Positions 36,430-46,500 of a stretch of 64,000 nt of DNA are shown piece by piece. The stretch lies in IMG/VR virus record IMGVR_UViG_3300021142_000026, one strand, 5' to 3'. Under the pieces are notes generated by a model. The model was not told the origin of the DNA. It searched no databases and worked only from the letters and a program-made list of their open reading frames with translations. Source of the stretch: an uncultured virus (IMG/VR IMGVR_UViG_3300021142_000026) (taxonomy: Duplodnaviria > Heunggongvirae > Uroviricota > Caudoviricetes). Made by a program: the position numbers and the translations under genes. The first letter of the stretch is position 1. Each line of letters begins with the position of its first letter.

Positions 36430-36729
36430 TTAACGGTTGTGCAAGTGAGGACCAAGTGAAAGCTTTAGTCCTGAATGTTCAAGTGCGTTCTGCAAGATGG
36501 ACAGTTGTGCACGTATGTCGGCGATCTCAGCATCCTTATCTGCACGTGTATTAGCATCGCGAAGTCGTGCCTCATGGCAAGCACCACATTCTTGTTTGCA
36601 TGCCTCAAGTAGTTGCCAAGGACCAAAGTTCTTCCAGAAGAAGGAAAGACATACTCCTCCAAGGAACACTCCTGCAAAGGCAGCAAGTGCTACAGGACCA
36701 GCATACAGTGCTGCTTTAGTCATATCCAT
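36430..36729 (-). CDS. putative holin or lysis membrane protein
   Basis: single N-terminal TM plus coiled coil, just before endolysin. Confidence 0.5.
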   Translation of the reverse strand: MDMTKAALYAGPVALAAFAGVFLGGVCLSFFWKNFGPWQLLEACKQECGACHEARLRDANTRADKDAEIADIRAQLSILQNALEHSGLKLSLGPHLHNR

Positions 36730-36741
36730 AACACATACTCA

Positions 36742-37164
36742 CTATGCAGAAGGTTGGTTTTGACCGGGTCCAGCAGGCACCACAATAATACTACTGAAGT
36801 CAGGATCAACACCAGGTGCATCAGACAAAGTGCTAAGCGAGGTCCCAGCAACGACCTGTTCACATACCACACCAACGTCTGCAGCTCGCTGCGCTTTACC
36901 ATGCCAAGAATAATAGGTCAGGTAATAGCCAAGTTGTTTCGTGGCAGTGGCAACAGCAGCCAGGTCTACAGCATTAGCAGTCAAGACAGTGTCTTCATGC
37001 ATTGCAGCATAGAACACCTCAAAGGCTTGACTAATGGTATCTACCACTGAAGGGCATTGAACAGAGGCAACCAGCTTCAGTTGGAAAGGTGCTGCAACCT
37101 TAGGCAAAGCCGTAAGGATAGTAGGCACTGCTTTTGAGATGTCGGAAGAAGTTTCAATAGTCAT
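36742..37164 (-). CDS. hypothetical protein (tail-associated)
   Basis: AGGAG RBS; follows tail tip genes. Confidence 0.6.
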   Translation of the reverse strand: MTIETSSDISKAVPTILTALPKVAAPFQLKLVASVQCPSVVDTISQAFEVFYAAMHEDTVLTANAVDLAAVATATKQLGYYLTYYSWHGKAQRAADVGVVCEQVVAGTSLSTLSDAPGVDPDFSSIIVVPAGPGQNQPSA

Positions 37165-37195
37165 GTTACGAGCTCCTGTGATAAGTTAGTCAAGG

Positions 37196-37867
37196 TCAGT
37201 AGTTGGAAACGTCTACTGCTAAGAAGTAAGGTGATCCATTGTCCGTATTAGTCTGTGCCGTAGCAGTGATATAGCTTTCGTAGATCTGCTGCAGTGTAGT
37301 TATGACATTGCCTGAGATCTGTGCAGAACTGTAGGTACTAAGATTGGAATAGTTGCTGGGTCCAATATAAGTGGAGGTAAAAGCTCTCTCCATACTACAA
37401 GTGCAGACAGCATATGTTGGTCCTGAGGCTAACGTCGTTGTAGTATATGAACCAATGCCTCCTGCTACTCTAAGGATCTTAGCCGACGAATGGTAGACTT
37501 GGGCACCTGAAGAATTAAAGACCTGCAACCCAAAGTGGTCTGTTGGATTAGCAATGTCCATAGAATCAAACAGGTAATAGGTAAACGTAGTTCCGTTAGT
37601 TGCACCTGCAGAATAGGTATAGAATGTGAAAGAGCCACTTCCATTATTCTTAGCTGCCGACCAAAAATCTACGCCACTTGCTGCTGCCACTGCCAGAACA
37701 GGATTACGTAAACCTGTCTGTGTAAAAGAATAAGATTGAACAGTTGTAGAACCCCAAGCCTGATTAGCCCAAGTACCAGTCCCCTTAACAACAAGACCCA
37801 TGTTAAAGGTATCAGTATCTACTTGTAAGATGCCTGAACTATTCCAAGCTTGAAATCCCTGTGGCAT
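37196..37867 (-). CDS. tail tip / receptor-binding accessory protein
   Basis: repeated GxQxxNSSG motifs. Confidence 0.7.
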   Translation of the reverse strand: MPQGFQAWNSSGILQVDTDTFNMGLVVKGTGTWANQAWGSTTVQSYSFTQTGLRNPVLAVAAASGVDFWSAAKNNGSGSFTFYTYSAGATNGTTFTYYLFDSMDIANPTDHFGLQVFNSSGAQVYHSSAKILRVAGGIGSYTTTTLASGPTYAVCTCSMERAFTSTYIGPSNYSNLSTYSSAQISGNVITTLQQIYESYITATAQTNTDNGSPYFLAVDVSNY

Positions 37868-38154
37868 CAGTAGACTCCATACACAACATTACCAGCCACA
37901 TTAGATCCTAAACCTGAAACTGCCCAAGTCCAAGAAAGTGTAGAACCGGATATGGAGAAAGCCGGCATATATGTAGCACTACCACCAGGTCCAGGAATAC
38001 CATAGTAAAAACCTGTACCAGTAAGAAGGTTGGAATCTGTCAAAGAACCATTCGACGTACCATAAGATCCGATACCCAGCACTCTTCCCACTCTAGTAGT
38101 CAGGTCAACTACTATGTTCCCAGAAGCATCAAAGACTTGTAAACCCTGAGGCAT
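37867..38154 (-). CDS. small tail tip protein
   Basis: MPQGLQVFDASG...VYGVY, typical after gpJ-like genes. Confidence 0.75.
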   Translation of the reverse strand: MPQGLQVFDASGNIVVDLTTRVGRVLGIGSYGTSNGSLTDSNLLTGTGFYYGIPGPGGSATYMPAFSISGSTLSWTWAVSGLGSNVAGNVVYGVY

Positions 38155-41100
38155 TACCAGAGCCCCATTCTAACACGGAGTGTATTGGAAGAGTCATAGA
38201 CTTGGATGACGGAGTTAGAGATTGTAATGCGGGCACCAGAAGACCCAGACTGAATCACCACACCACCTGAGCCCACCGTAAGAGTGCCACCAGTAATCGA
38301 AACGGAACTAGCGTTCTGTGTAGACATATTACCTTGGCCGGAAAAGCCGGCTGCAACATTCGATCCTGTAACATCAGCATTAACTTGTGCAGGTTTAAGC
38401 GAATCAATGGTCTGACCGCTTTGATAGATAGCACCGTTAGTGGCATCATCTGTGAACGGGGTAGGCGTACTGCTAAGTTCTACCTTAAGCTTCTTGACCA
38501 CAAAGAAGCCGCCAGAGGCAATTGTTAGGCCGCATGCAACAATAATGCCATAGGCGGCATTTGACGGCGAAGTAACAGTTGCTGAGTACCTATTATATCC
38601 GTTGCCGCTGGTGACTGCAACCTGTGAAGACGAGCTGATATAGGCATGTGCCGATGTGTGCCAATCCACATATACAAAGCCTGATGTAAAGCTTTGTCCA
38701 CCACCATCGAAAGAGAAGCTATATGACGAACTCGGATAGACAGGGTATTCTGCAGAATAGAAGTAGGAAGCACTTGATATAGGACCATTGATGCTGGCAA
38801 AGTAACCAATACCAGAGTCAAAACCTATACCCCAACCAGACCCAAAAGTCCAGTTCTGTCCTCTAAGAGTGAGACCGCCATCAAAGACAATATTGGCACC
38901 TGGATGTGTAACTGCAGCAGGTCCATATCCAGTATAAGTCGCCCAAGCAGTTTGTCCATTAATGCCTGAGGCAGTACCAATGGCTGTTACAATAGCAGCA
39001 TCATTCAAGTAACCATAGGTACCACTATAGATCTGAGTCGTACCAGTAGTGACATAACTCAACCCTGCAAGAGCACCGAAACCTGAAACGTTACCACTAC
39101 CATAAGCTACTGAGTTCAGGGTAGCAAGTGCGCCCTGTCCAGTAATAGCCAAGGCAGTATTAACTGCCGTGATGTCGGCTCCCAACACCCAAGTTGAGCC
39201 GTTGTAAGCATACACCGCTTGAGGTGTACCTCCACCATTGGTCAGAATCCAGATGTCATTTACTGATGCACCTGATGGGGCAGTAGTGCTTCTGGTGATG
39301 ATATTTTTGGTCGCGTTGTCTGCAGGCTTAGCAGAACCAGTGATCTGAGAGGCCCAGTCAACAGCATTCAGGGTTGCAAGAGCTCCTTGTCCAGAGATAC
39401 CAGAAGCCAAGACCACAGAAAGTGCTGACGTAGTAGTAACGGACGACCAGCTGGTCCAAGCTGAAGTATGTCCGTTACCATCATTGGTACGGATCTGGAT
39501 GTCGTAAGATGTTCCAGGCAGGAGTCCACTAATGACCGTAGTACCAGTACCCGAACCTACATCATTCATGACATTTGCAAGAGACCAGACAGTTGCTGGT
39601 ACTGAAGTCTTACGCATCTGGAGTTCATAGTATTGCACAGGGTTACCAGTAGAACCTGTAGCAACAAGAGTGATCACCGGATATGCATTACCAGCACCAT
39701 CAGTAGTGTTAGAGGCAGCAAGCGTGAAGGTAGGATTGCCGAGGCTAAACCCACGAGTCTGTGAGGAAATGCCATATGCAGGTGCGATGTATTGAGTTGC
39801 AGGATTCCAACCAGGAATAGTAGTAGACGTCTGCTGCGCAACAATAGCAACCTGGAAGTCAGAGGTTAGAGTGATCTGAGCAACCTGGAAGTAAAGACCC
39901 GTAAACCCAAAGCGGGTAGAGGTCATCGTAAACCAGTCACCTTGCTCAAGCTGCAGACCCCACAGAGGCATCACAAAGCTTAAGGTCCCTGAGAAACGAG
40001 AGGCCACTAGAGCGGCATAGGTCACACGTTGAACTTGAGAGTCCGACGTAATAGCAGGAAGATCCCAATTCAGAACAATACGCTGTCCACCATCCTGAGT
40101 TTGGTAAGTAGCCGACCTCTGCGCAGGATAAGCAGCAGCTTGGTAGTTCAGGCTCTTAGGAACATAAGATCCTTGAACACAGTTATACAGGTTAGAAAGG
40201 GAAGCAGTAGGCTGCCAGCTCTTAGGTGCAGACCAAATAACGTCAGCATCTGTAAGGCTCAGGACAGGAGTATAGGAAGCACCAGGCTGTAACGTAATGT
40301 TACCTCCACGGTCATAAACTTTACCTCCAGTGGCATCCATGATAGCCTGGAGATCTTGTTGGACCGTATTGTTAGACGCAAGGATCAAGTCACAAGAATA
40401 TTGGGCTTCAGTTCCTGTAATAGGCAAATTAACTACGGTATCGCAGATGTTGGCAGCGGAAGAAACTGCAGCAGGCGTAAGGTCGCGAGAGTCAGCCTGA
40501 GAGCCAACAATGGTGACGCCGTTGATCTGGAAGCCACGAAGGAACTGAGCCGCAATGGTTACGGGGTTACGAGTATAAGACCAACCAGTCGGGATACTCA
40601 AGCTCATGGACCCAGAAAGTCGGTCATCATAACAAGGCGCACCATCAATGCAGAACTGGAGTTGAGGTTCACCATTAGGGAAGGCATCAGTATCATACTG
40701 ATAAACTACCACTGCATAAGCAATGCCGGTACCCTTCATGCTAGAGTTCCATTCACCGCCAGGACTATGAGCAGTTAAATAGGAATCAGCAACGGCACCT
40801 GACAAAGTCCCAGTATGCACACGAAGCCACATACGGGCAGCACCACTCTTAGACCGATATTGGTCACAAGCGGTGAGGCCGGAGTAGATTGTCCCACTTT
40901 GAATAGACGGGGTAATGTTACCCGTCGTAACCCAAGCAGAGCCATTCCAAACGTACCAGACGTAGGGTGAGGTACTCGTATTCTGCCAGAGATCTCCAGT
41001 AGTATAACCGCTGCTAGGGGCAGTGCTCTGGGAGAAATACTTCTGCCTATCGTTAGTACCAAACGTCAGGAAGCTGGAACCATCATAGATGGTGTAGATA

Positions 41101-41465
41101 CCAGTGACAGGATAGTCGGAGAGTGCAATGACACGGACGAGATATTTGTTCGGGCTCTTGCTATCATCAGTCCAAGTGAACGCATAGACAAGAGAGCCAC
41201 CAGTCGTTGCACGCCCTACAATTACCTGGCGAGGTTGAGTAGGGTCCAGCTTGAGAGACAACTCTTGGCCTTGGGAAGTCGTCCCACGAGGCTTGGCAGC
41301 AATAAGGAATTGAGCCGCAACAACGGCGGCCATAATGAGGAGGTTGGTTGCAAGGGCAGTTGCAAAGGCTGGAGAGACAGCCACACCAACGAGGCCAGCA
41401 CCAGCAATGATGACACCGGCGACCCAGCTAACTACTGCCTGTACAATTGCAACAACCGGATTCAT
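38154..41465 (-). CDS. central tail tip / host-specificity protein (gpJ-like) with FN3 and carbohydrate-binding modules
   Basis: hub region, FN3 (ISGLLPGTSYDIQIR), GQGALAT repeats, C-terminal LRVRMGLW. Confidence 0.85.
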   Translation of the reverse strand: MNPVVAIVQAVVSWVAGVIIAGAGLVGVAVSPAFATALATNLLIMAAVVAAQFLIAAKPRGTTSQGQELSLKLDPTQPRQVIVGRATTGGSLVYAFTWTDDSKSPNKYLVRVIALSDYPVTGIYTIYDGSSFLTFGTNDRQKYFSQSTAPSSGYTTGDLWQNTSTSPYVWYVWNGSAWVTTGNITPSIQSGTIYSGLTACDQYRSKSGAARMWLRVHTGTLSGAVADSYLTAHSPGGEWNSSMKGTGIAYAVVVYQYDTDAFPNGEPQLQFCIDGAPCYDDRLSGSMSLSIPTGWSYTRNPVTIAAQFLRGFQINGVTIVGSQADSRDLTPAAVSSAANICDTVVNLPITGTEAQYSCDLILASNNTVQQDLQAIMDATGGKVYDRGGNITLQPGASYTPVLSLTDADVIWSAPKSWQPTASLSNLYNCVQGSYVPKSLNYQAAAYPAQRSATYQTQDGGQRIVLNWDLPAITSDSQVQRVTYAALVASRFSGTLSFVMPLWGLQLEQGDWFTMTSTRFGFTGLYFQVAQITLTSDFQVAIVAQQTSTTIPGWNPATQYIAPAYGISSQTRGFSLGNPTFTLAASNTTDGAGNAYPVITLVATGSTGNPVQYYELQMRKTSVPATVWSLANVMNDVGSGTGTTVISGLLPGTSYDIQIRTNDGNGHTSAWTSWSSVTTTSALSVVLASGISGQGALATLNAVDWASQITGSAKPADNATKNIITRSTTAPSGASVNDIWILTNGGGTPQAVYAYNGSTWVLGADITAVNTALAITGQGALATLNSVAYGSGNVSGFGALAGLSYVTTGTTQIYSGTYGYLNDAAIVTAIGTASGINGQTAWATYTGYGPAAVTHPGANIVFDGGLTLRGQNWTFGSGWGIGFDSGIGYFASINGPISSASYFYSAEYPVYPSSSYSFSFDGGGQSFTSGFVYVDWHTSAHAYISSSSQVAVTSGNGYNRYSATVTSPSNAAYGIIVACGLTIASGGFFVVKKLKVELSSTPTPFTDDATNGAIYQSGQTIDSLKPAQVNADVTGSNVAAGFSGQGNMSTQNASSVSITGGTLTVGSGGVVIQSGSSGARITISNSVIQVYDSSNTLRVRMGLW

Positions 41466-41516
41466 TGATGGACCTTCTCAACCTATGGGCTACAACTAAC
41501 TAACAAGTTTGTAACC

Positions 41517-42071
41517 CTATCGGGCGACAGCGTATGCTGACTTAGCATCTTCTAATCTACCACGTCCAAGTCCCTGAGGTGTCATTGCCCAGAAAAATGG
41601 AGGATCAGCAATAGCAGCTGCACGTATAATTTGGTCACCAGCTTCATTAGGAGTCCCTACAGTCAGCAAGTCACCAGTCAAAGTATGGTCAAGTTCAATC
41701 TCAGGGAACAGGCTTTCCAGAAGTTGGTCAACATTCTTGAAGCCCAGTTTCCGCATTGCCATGTAAGCTTCTACTTCACTAGTATAAGCCACAGGGCTAA
41801 AACGGTCGTGAAGATCCACACCAGTAATGATAAGGCAGCTAGTTGATGCCAGTGTAAGGCAATTGTGTCCTTTAGACGGGTCCCATGAAAAGGAATAGCC
41901 ATTAGGCCCTTGGAGCTCTTCTGATGTATCGCCATATTGCAGTCTCCTTGATTTATCCCAGGCGTCCACAATCCACTCTACAAACCGTTCCCTCCAATCC
42001 CACAGCCTCACAAGCTTGGGACGTTCCCACATAGCAACTTCAACCCCTGAAAGCTTTTCCGAGATGTCCAT
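41517..42071 (-). CDS. tail tip assembly protein (NlpC/P60-like, DUF6950-like)
   Basis: FSW...HNC...ITGVD...GD; conserved position. Confidence 0.65.
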   Translation of the reverse strand: MDISEKLSGVEVAMWERPKLVRLWDWRERFVEWIVDAWDKSRRLQYGDTSEELQGPNGYSFSWDPSKGHNCLTLASTSCLIITGVDLHDRFSPVAYTSEVEAYMAMRKLGFKNVDQLLESLFPEIELDHTLTGDLLTVGTPNEAGDQIIRAAAIADPPFFWAMTPQGLGRGRLEDAKSAYAVAR

Positions 42072-42080
42072 TAGTGTCGC

Positions 42081-42806
42081 CTATTCAAGAGCTCTGATGG
42101 GTAGGTTAAGGCTGCCACCACCATAGCCGATTTGAGTGCCACCATTGTTACGAGAAGTCACTACATTGGGGCTTGCCTTACCCCAATACAGGTTGCGATC
42201 TTGTGCGATGGTATCTGCTACGAACTGGAAGAAGTAGTCCGAAGAGTCAATCTCGAGTTGGTCTTGGTGGGAGCGAACGCGATTGTTAACCCATTGATAC
42301 CTCATGGCCAAACTGTCTAGCTGGATGATTAGCTTGGTCGGCGATTGTACCCCACCGCTGTCATTAGCTGAAGACAGTTCAACTTGGTCCTCTTCAATAC
42401 GGACGAAATTGATCTTGCCTGCGTATACAGGAACCACCAGAGAGATGGAAGTAGAACCTACAGCCGCAAAGCCCATACTGATATCAACACGGCGCTGAGG
42501 AAGGTTCTGTGCAAGGATGGTTCTGAAGAAGCTAGCCGGATCTGTAAACCCGGATTGCTGCAAGCGCACACCGTCAATCACCAGCTGAACAGATTCCGCA
42601 GCAAAAGGTCCGCTGGATATAATGTTAGCGGCTGAGGCGAGTGCTGATGCACCAATATAGGTATTAGTTCCATCTGAGAGGTCTTGCCAGTCATCACAGA
42701 AGCGGTAGATGCTGGGACCATCCATAGTGAAGGTAACCAGCCAACGAGCCATAAGGGCCGAGCCGGAGATAAGTTGCAGTGCGCCTGTCGTAAATGACCT
42801 TGCCAT
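42081..42806 (-). CDS. baseplate hub / minor tail protein
   Basis: position after Dit; C-terminal DQ...D.FF...WG motif. Confidence 0.7.
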   Translation of the reverse strand: MARSFTTGALQLISGSALMARWLVTFTMDGPSIYRFCDDWQDLSDGTNTYIGASALASAANIISSGPFAAESVQLVIDGVRLQQSGFTDPASFFRTILAQNLPQRRVDISMGFAAVGSTSISLVVPVYAGKINFVRIEEDQVELSSANDSGGVQSPTKLIIQLDSLAMRYQWVNNRVRSHQDQLEIDSSDYFFQFVADTIAQDRNLYWGKASPNVVTSRNNGGTQIGYGGGSLNLPIRALE

Positions 42807-42819
42807 TATTATACCTGAC

Positions 42820-43476
42820 TTACGACCTCGAGATGAATTGAACGGCGGAGAAGCTATAGGTAGGTCCTATGTCTTCGACCTTATCACTCTTTTGGATACC
42901 TCCAATGATCTTCATTTCTGCACAGGCTCTTTCAAGGCGTGCAAAGTTCGCACCACCTGCAGAGATATCAATCGGAGGAGGTTGGACGGTGACGGTGGCA
43001 GAGTTAGAAGCTGCCGTAGCACCTACCGTTATGCGGTGCAGATACCAAATGTTGTTTGCTGAGCTATTGAACCAGGAGACATAATCACCAGGAGTCAAGA
43101 CAGCACCGTTAGCCAGCCCGTGAATGGTAATTGTGGAAGCTGAGTTCGATGCGGAATAGATCTGTGTGGAGTTGCTGCTTTGCTCCCAAGGCTTAACACC
43201 GTATGCAAAAGATGCATAAGCGTAAGGCTTAGGCCGCCGAGGATCAAATCCAAGGAACGTATTTACAGAACCTTGAAGCCCATCCAAGAAAGCCTGGAAG
43301 GCTTGATCACGTGCAGGATAAAGAGAAGGAGTCTGATACTTAGCAGTCCAGAGAGGTGTTATCCTGTCGACTGTCTGGAAGAAACCACCGTTAACGGGAG
43401 AGACGTTCTGAATGCGCATAAGGTCAAAGACCTTCGCACTTACAGGCAACGGGTTTGGCATCTCTGTGCCGGCCAT
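42820..43476 (-). CDS. distal tail protein
   Basis: immediately after tape measure; FLDGLQG..NTF..FDP. Confidence 0.7.
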   Translation of the reverse strand: MAGTEMPNPLPVSAKVFDLMRIQNVSPVNGGFFQTVDRITPLWTAKYQTPSLYPARDQAFQAFLDGLQGSVNTFLGFDPRRPKPYAYASFAYGVKPWEQSSNSTQIYSASNSASTITIHGLANGAVLTPGDYVSWFNSSANNIWYLHRITVGATAASNSATVTVQPPPIDISAGGANFARLERACAEMKIIGGIQKSDKVEDIGPTYSFSAVQFISRS

Positions 43477-43518
43477 TAGGGACGAGCTCCTTTAGGGCTA
43501 GCTGTGTGTGATACATTG

Positions 43519-46500
43519 TTAACGTTGGTAGCGGTTACGCTTCAGACTATCTTGAACACGACCATCAATGAGGAGAGGCAACTGGGCCCGCAGTTGTTGA
43601 TCACGGAGAGACAGGTGAGCTTTGAGGTCTGCCAGGCTAACCGAATCCATATTCCCTGCCACATGAATTGTCGTACTTGCATCAATTATATGTGATTTGG
43701 AACCACCTTGCAAGCTGCCATTTTGTCCTGCAGACGAAGTGTAAAGGTCCGCAGTAGTGATTTGGCCGATAGGTCCACCGTTAGCATGGCCAGGCAGCTT
43801 ACCACCATTGATGGCTTCCAGCAGCGGCATAAACTTAGCAGCGGACTTGGCATTGACAACATACTCACCAGCAGACAGCATGGCAAAGATGGAGTCAGAG
43901 GTAGAAGTGCCAGGACCATTAACTTGTCCGCCACCAGCCAATCCCATGAGCCCAGCAAGGCCAATATAAGCACCACCAGCATTCATAGTTTGTACAGCAA
44001 TCAGAGTAGTCATAAGACCATTCAAGATCACCAGTTGAGCAGTGTTAGCAGTCTGCGCTGCAACCGTTGCACCAGTCTGTGCACCACCAAACAGCTTAGC
44101 TAAACTAAACCCACCCATACCACCACCAGTCATAGCTTGTTGAATGGCAGAGGACAGATTGGCCTTCAGCGGGTCGAAGAAGGTGGTGTTGGCCATTGTG
44201 GTGACGAAGTCCTTCAGTACAGTATTCAAGGCAGTTTTCAGCTTAGTGGTGCCAAGGATAACACCCTCGAGGGCATTAACACCATTGGAACCGAAGCTCT
44301 GCCAAGACTTAACCTGTCCATCAAGGATACCTTGAGATACCTTTAGGGCGTCATTGTAACGCTGTTGTGTGCCGAGTACACCTGCATAAGCATTGCCTGC
44401 CCCAACACCAGCCATACCGAGCTTGCCGAACATAGCGGCAGCAGTGTTTTGGTTCTGTGCATCCAGCATACCACCAAGCCCACCAGAGGCAAGACCTGCA
44501 TTAACATTTGCAGAGTCACGATTCGTCTGTTGTGCTGTACGCAATGCTTGTTCAGCGTTAGTTAGGTTAGTCAGAGTCTCTTTTGCCTTTTGTTCACCAG
44601 CATAAAACTTAGCCAGGGCATTCAAAGCCGTGTCATAGTCTGTTGCCAGATCCTTGACCGCAATACCTTGCTGCCTTAAGAAAGTGACCAAATTAGCTGT
44701 TTGCTCAGCTTGTGCCTTAACTGCAAAAGCTTTAGAGGCTGCATTATCATTGGGATTCATTCCTGAACGGTCAATAGTATCAAAGATGTCCTTCAAAGCA
44801 CCCTGAGACAACTTAGCCATCTCAGCTTGTGCTTGCTTCATGCCTTCAGCAAGACTCTTACCAGGATTATCTTTGCCAATGTTTTGACCAAGGGCTGCAA
44901 TCTCATCATTAATGCCTTTAATAGCACCCTCTGACTTGTGCACATCTTCCCAGATCTTAGTAAAGTCCTTTACTGCATTAGAGGTCAAGACAACCTTAGT
45001 ATTCAGATAATCCATACTAGAGGCAACATTGTCCCAAGAGACATGAAGCTTTTCAGCAGCCAGTGCTTGCTTTTTAGTATCATCTCCAATAGCACTAATT
45101 TCAGCAGCAGTCTTCTCAAAGGCCTGAATTAGGGCCTCATTAGGGGGACCCTTCCACAAGTTAGTTAGTTCTTCATCCGCAAGCTTTGCCTTAGTAATCA
45201 AAGTATCGAGACCTGGAATACCAGAGCCCTTCTTGTCAGGTTGCTCTTTGGGGCTGCCAGGTCCAACAGTATTGTCACTAGGTAGATGCTGAATATTTTC
45301 AAGGTCACTAATACGTCCTTGAGTACGAAGACCTTCTGCAATACCAGAGTCAACCAGGCGTTGAAGGCCTTCAGCCTTACGCTTCCATTCCGCCAACTGT
45401 GTCTTATCATAGTCATTAGCGTGTCCACCAGCATTAGATACGCGAGCTTGCCAATTAGCTACAGTGGCATTAGCATCCATCAACTGCCTATTGTTGCCTT
45501 GCAGTTGTTGGTCTGCCGCAGCAGCTTGTGCCTCTACTTGCTTCAACAGGGAATTAGTAACTTCATCAATTTGAAGCTTCTGATCCTTGGCCTTTGCAAT
45601 GTAGGCATCAACACTAGTGAAGTCTACCAGCTTGGTATTGTTGGCATCAATAGCTTTATTCACAGTATTAAAGGCAGATGTAGCGCCCCAGATAACGGCA
45701 GTCAGCGTAGCTACCAGAGCTATCATGATGCCAATAGGATTAGCTATGCTGGCTGCATCAAAAGCTGCCATAGCAATAGTGCCACCTCTAATAGCAGAGG
45801 TCAATGCATAGTAAGCAGTGGTAGCCGCAGTAATACCAGCTCGCATAATAGCTAAGCCACTACCCAATGCAGTTACAATTCCTATAGCGACCTGAGCTAC
45901 TGCCAGACCTGCTAATGCACCTGCAAGGCCAGCAATTGCAGAGAGCACCAATTGGGCATGAGAGCCCAGCCAATCCAACACACTTCCAAGACCTGTAAGA
46001 ATGTTCTTGAAGGATTGGGATGCTCCCATTGCTTGAGAGATAGAAAGAATGAACACATCCCATTTATTGTGGATGCGCTCAAGAGAGGCCTGCAGAGTAT
46101 CAACAGACTTACTTAGGTCAATGTGATAAAGTGCTGCTGCAGCTTCTTGGAAGGCCTTAACAAAGGCAGGACCATTAACTTGTCCGCTTTTAAGCATCTT
46201 ATCTAGCTCAGCACCAGTTGCACCAGTTGCAAGCTTAGCAATGGACATTGCACCCGGGAAGTCATTAGACAGTCGAGTCACGAGGTCACGACTTGTCACA
46301 TAGCCTCGTGACATAATTTCATCAAAGGCCTTAAGGGCGTTTGCAGAGTCTTGGCTTGACAAATGCATCACACCAAAGGTAACCGCAAGGTTCTTGAACT
46401 GTTGGTCAGCTTCATGCACAGAGCTACCTGACCCAACAGCCGAAGCAATAAACCTATTAAAGGCAGGAGTTAATGTAGAGATCGAAAGGCCTGCCTGATT

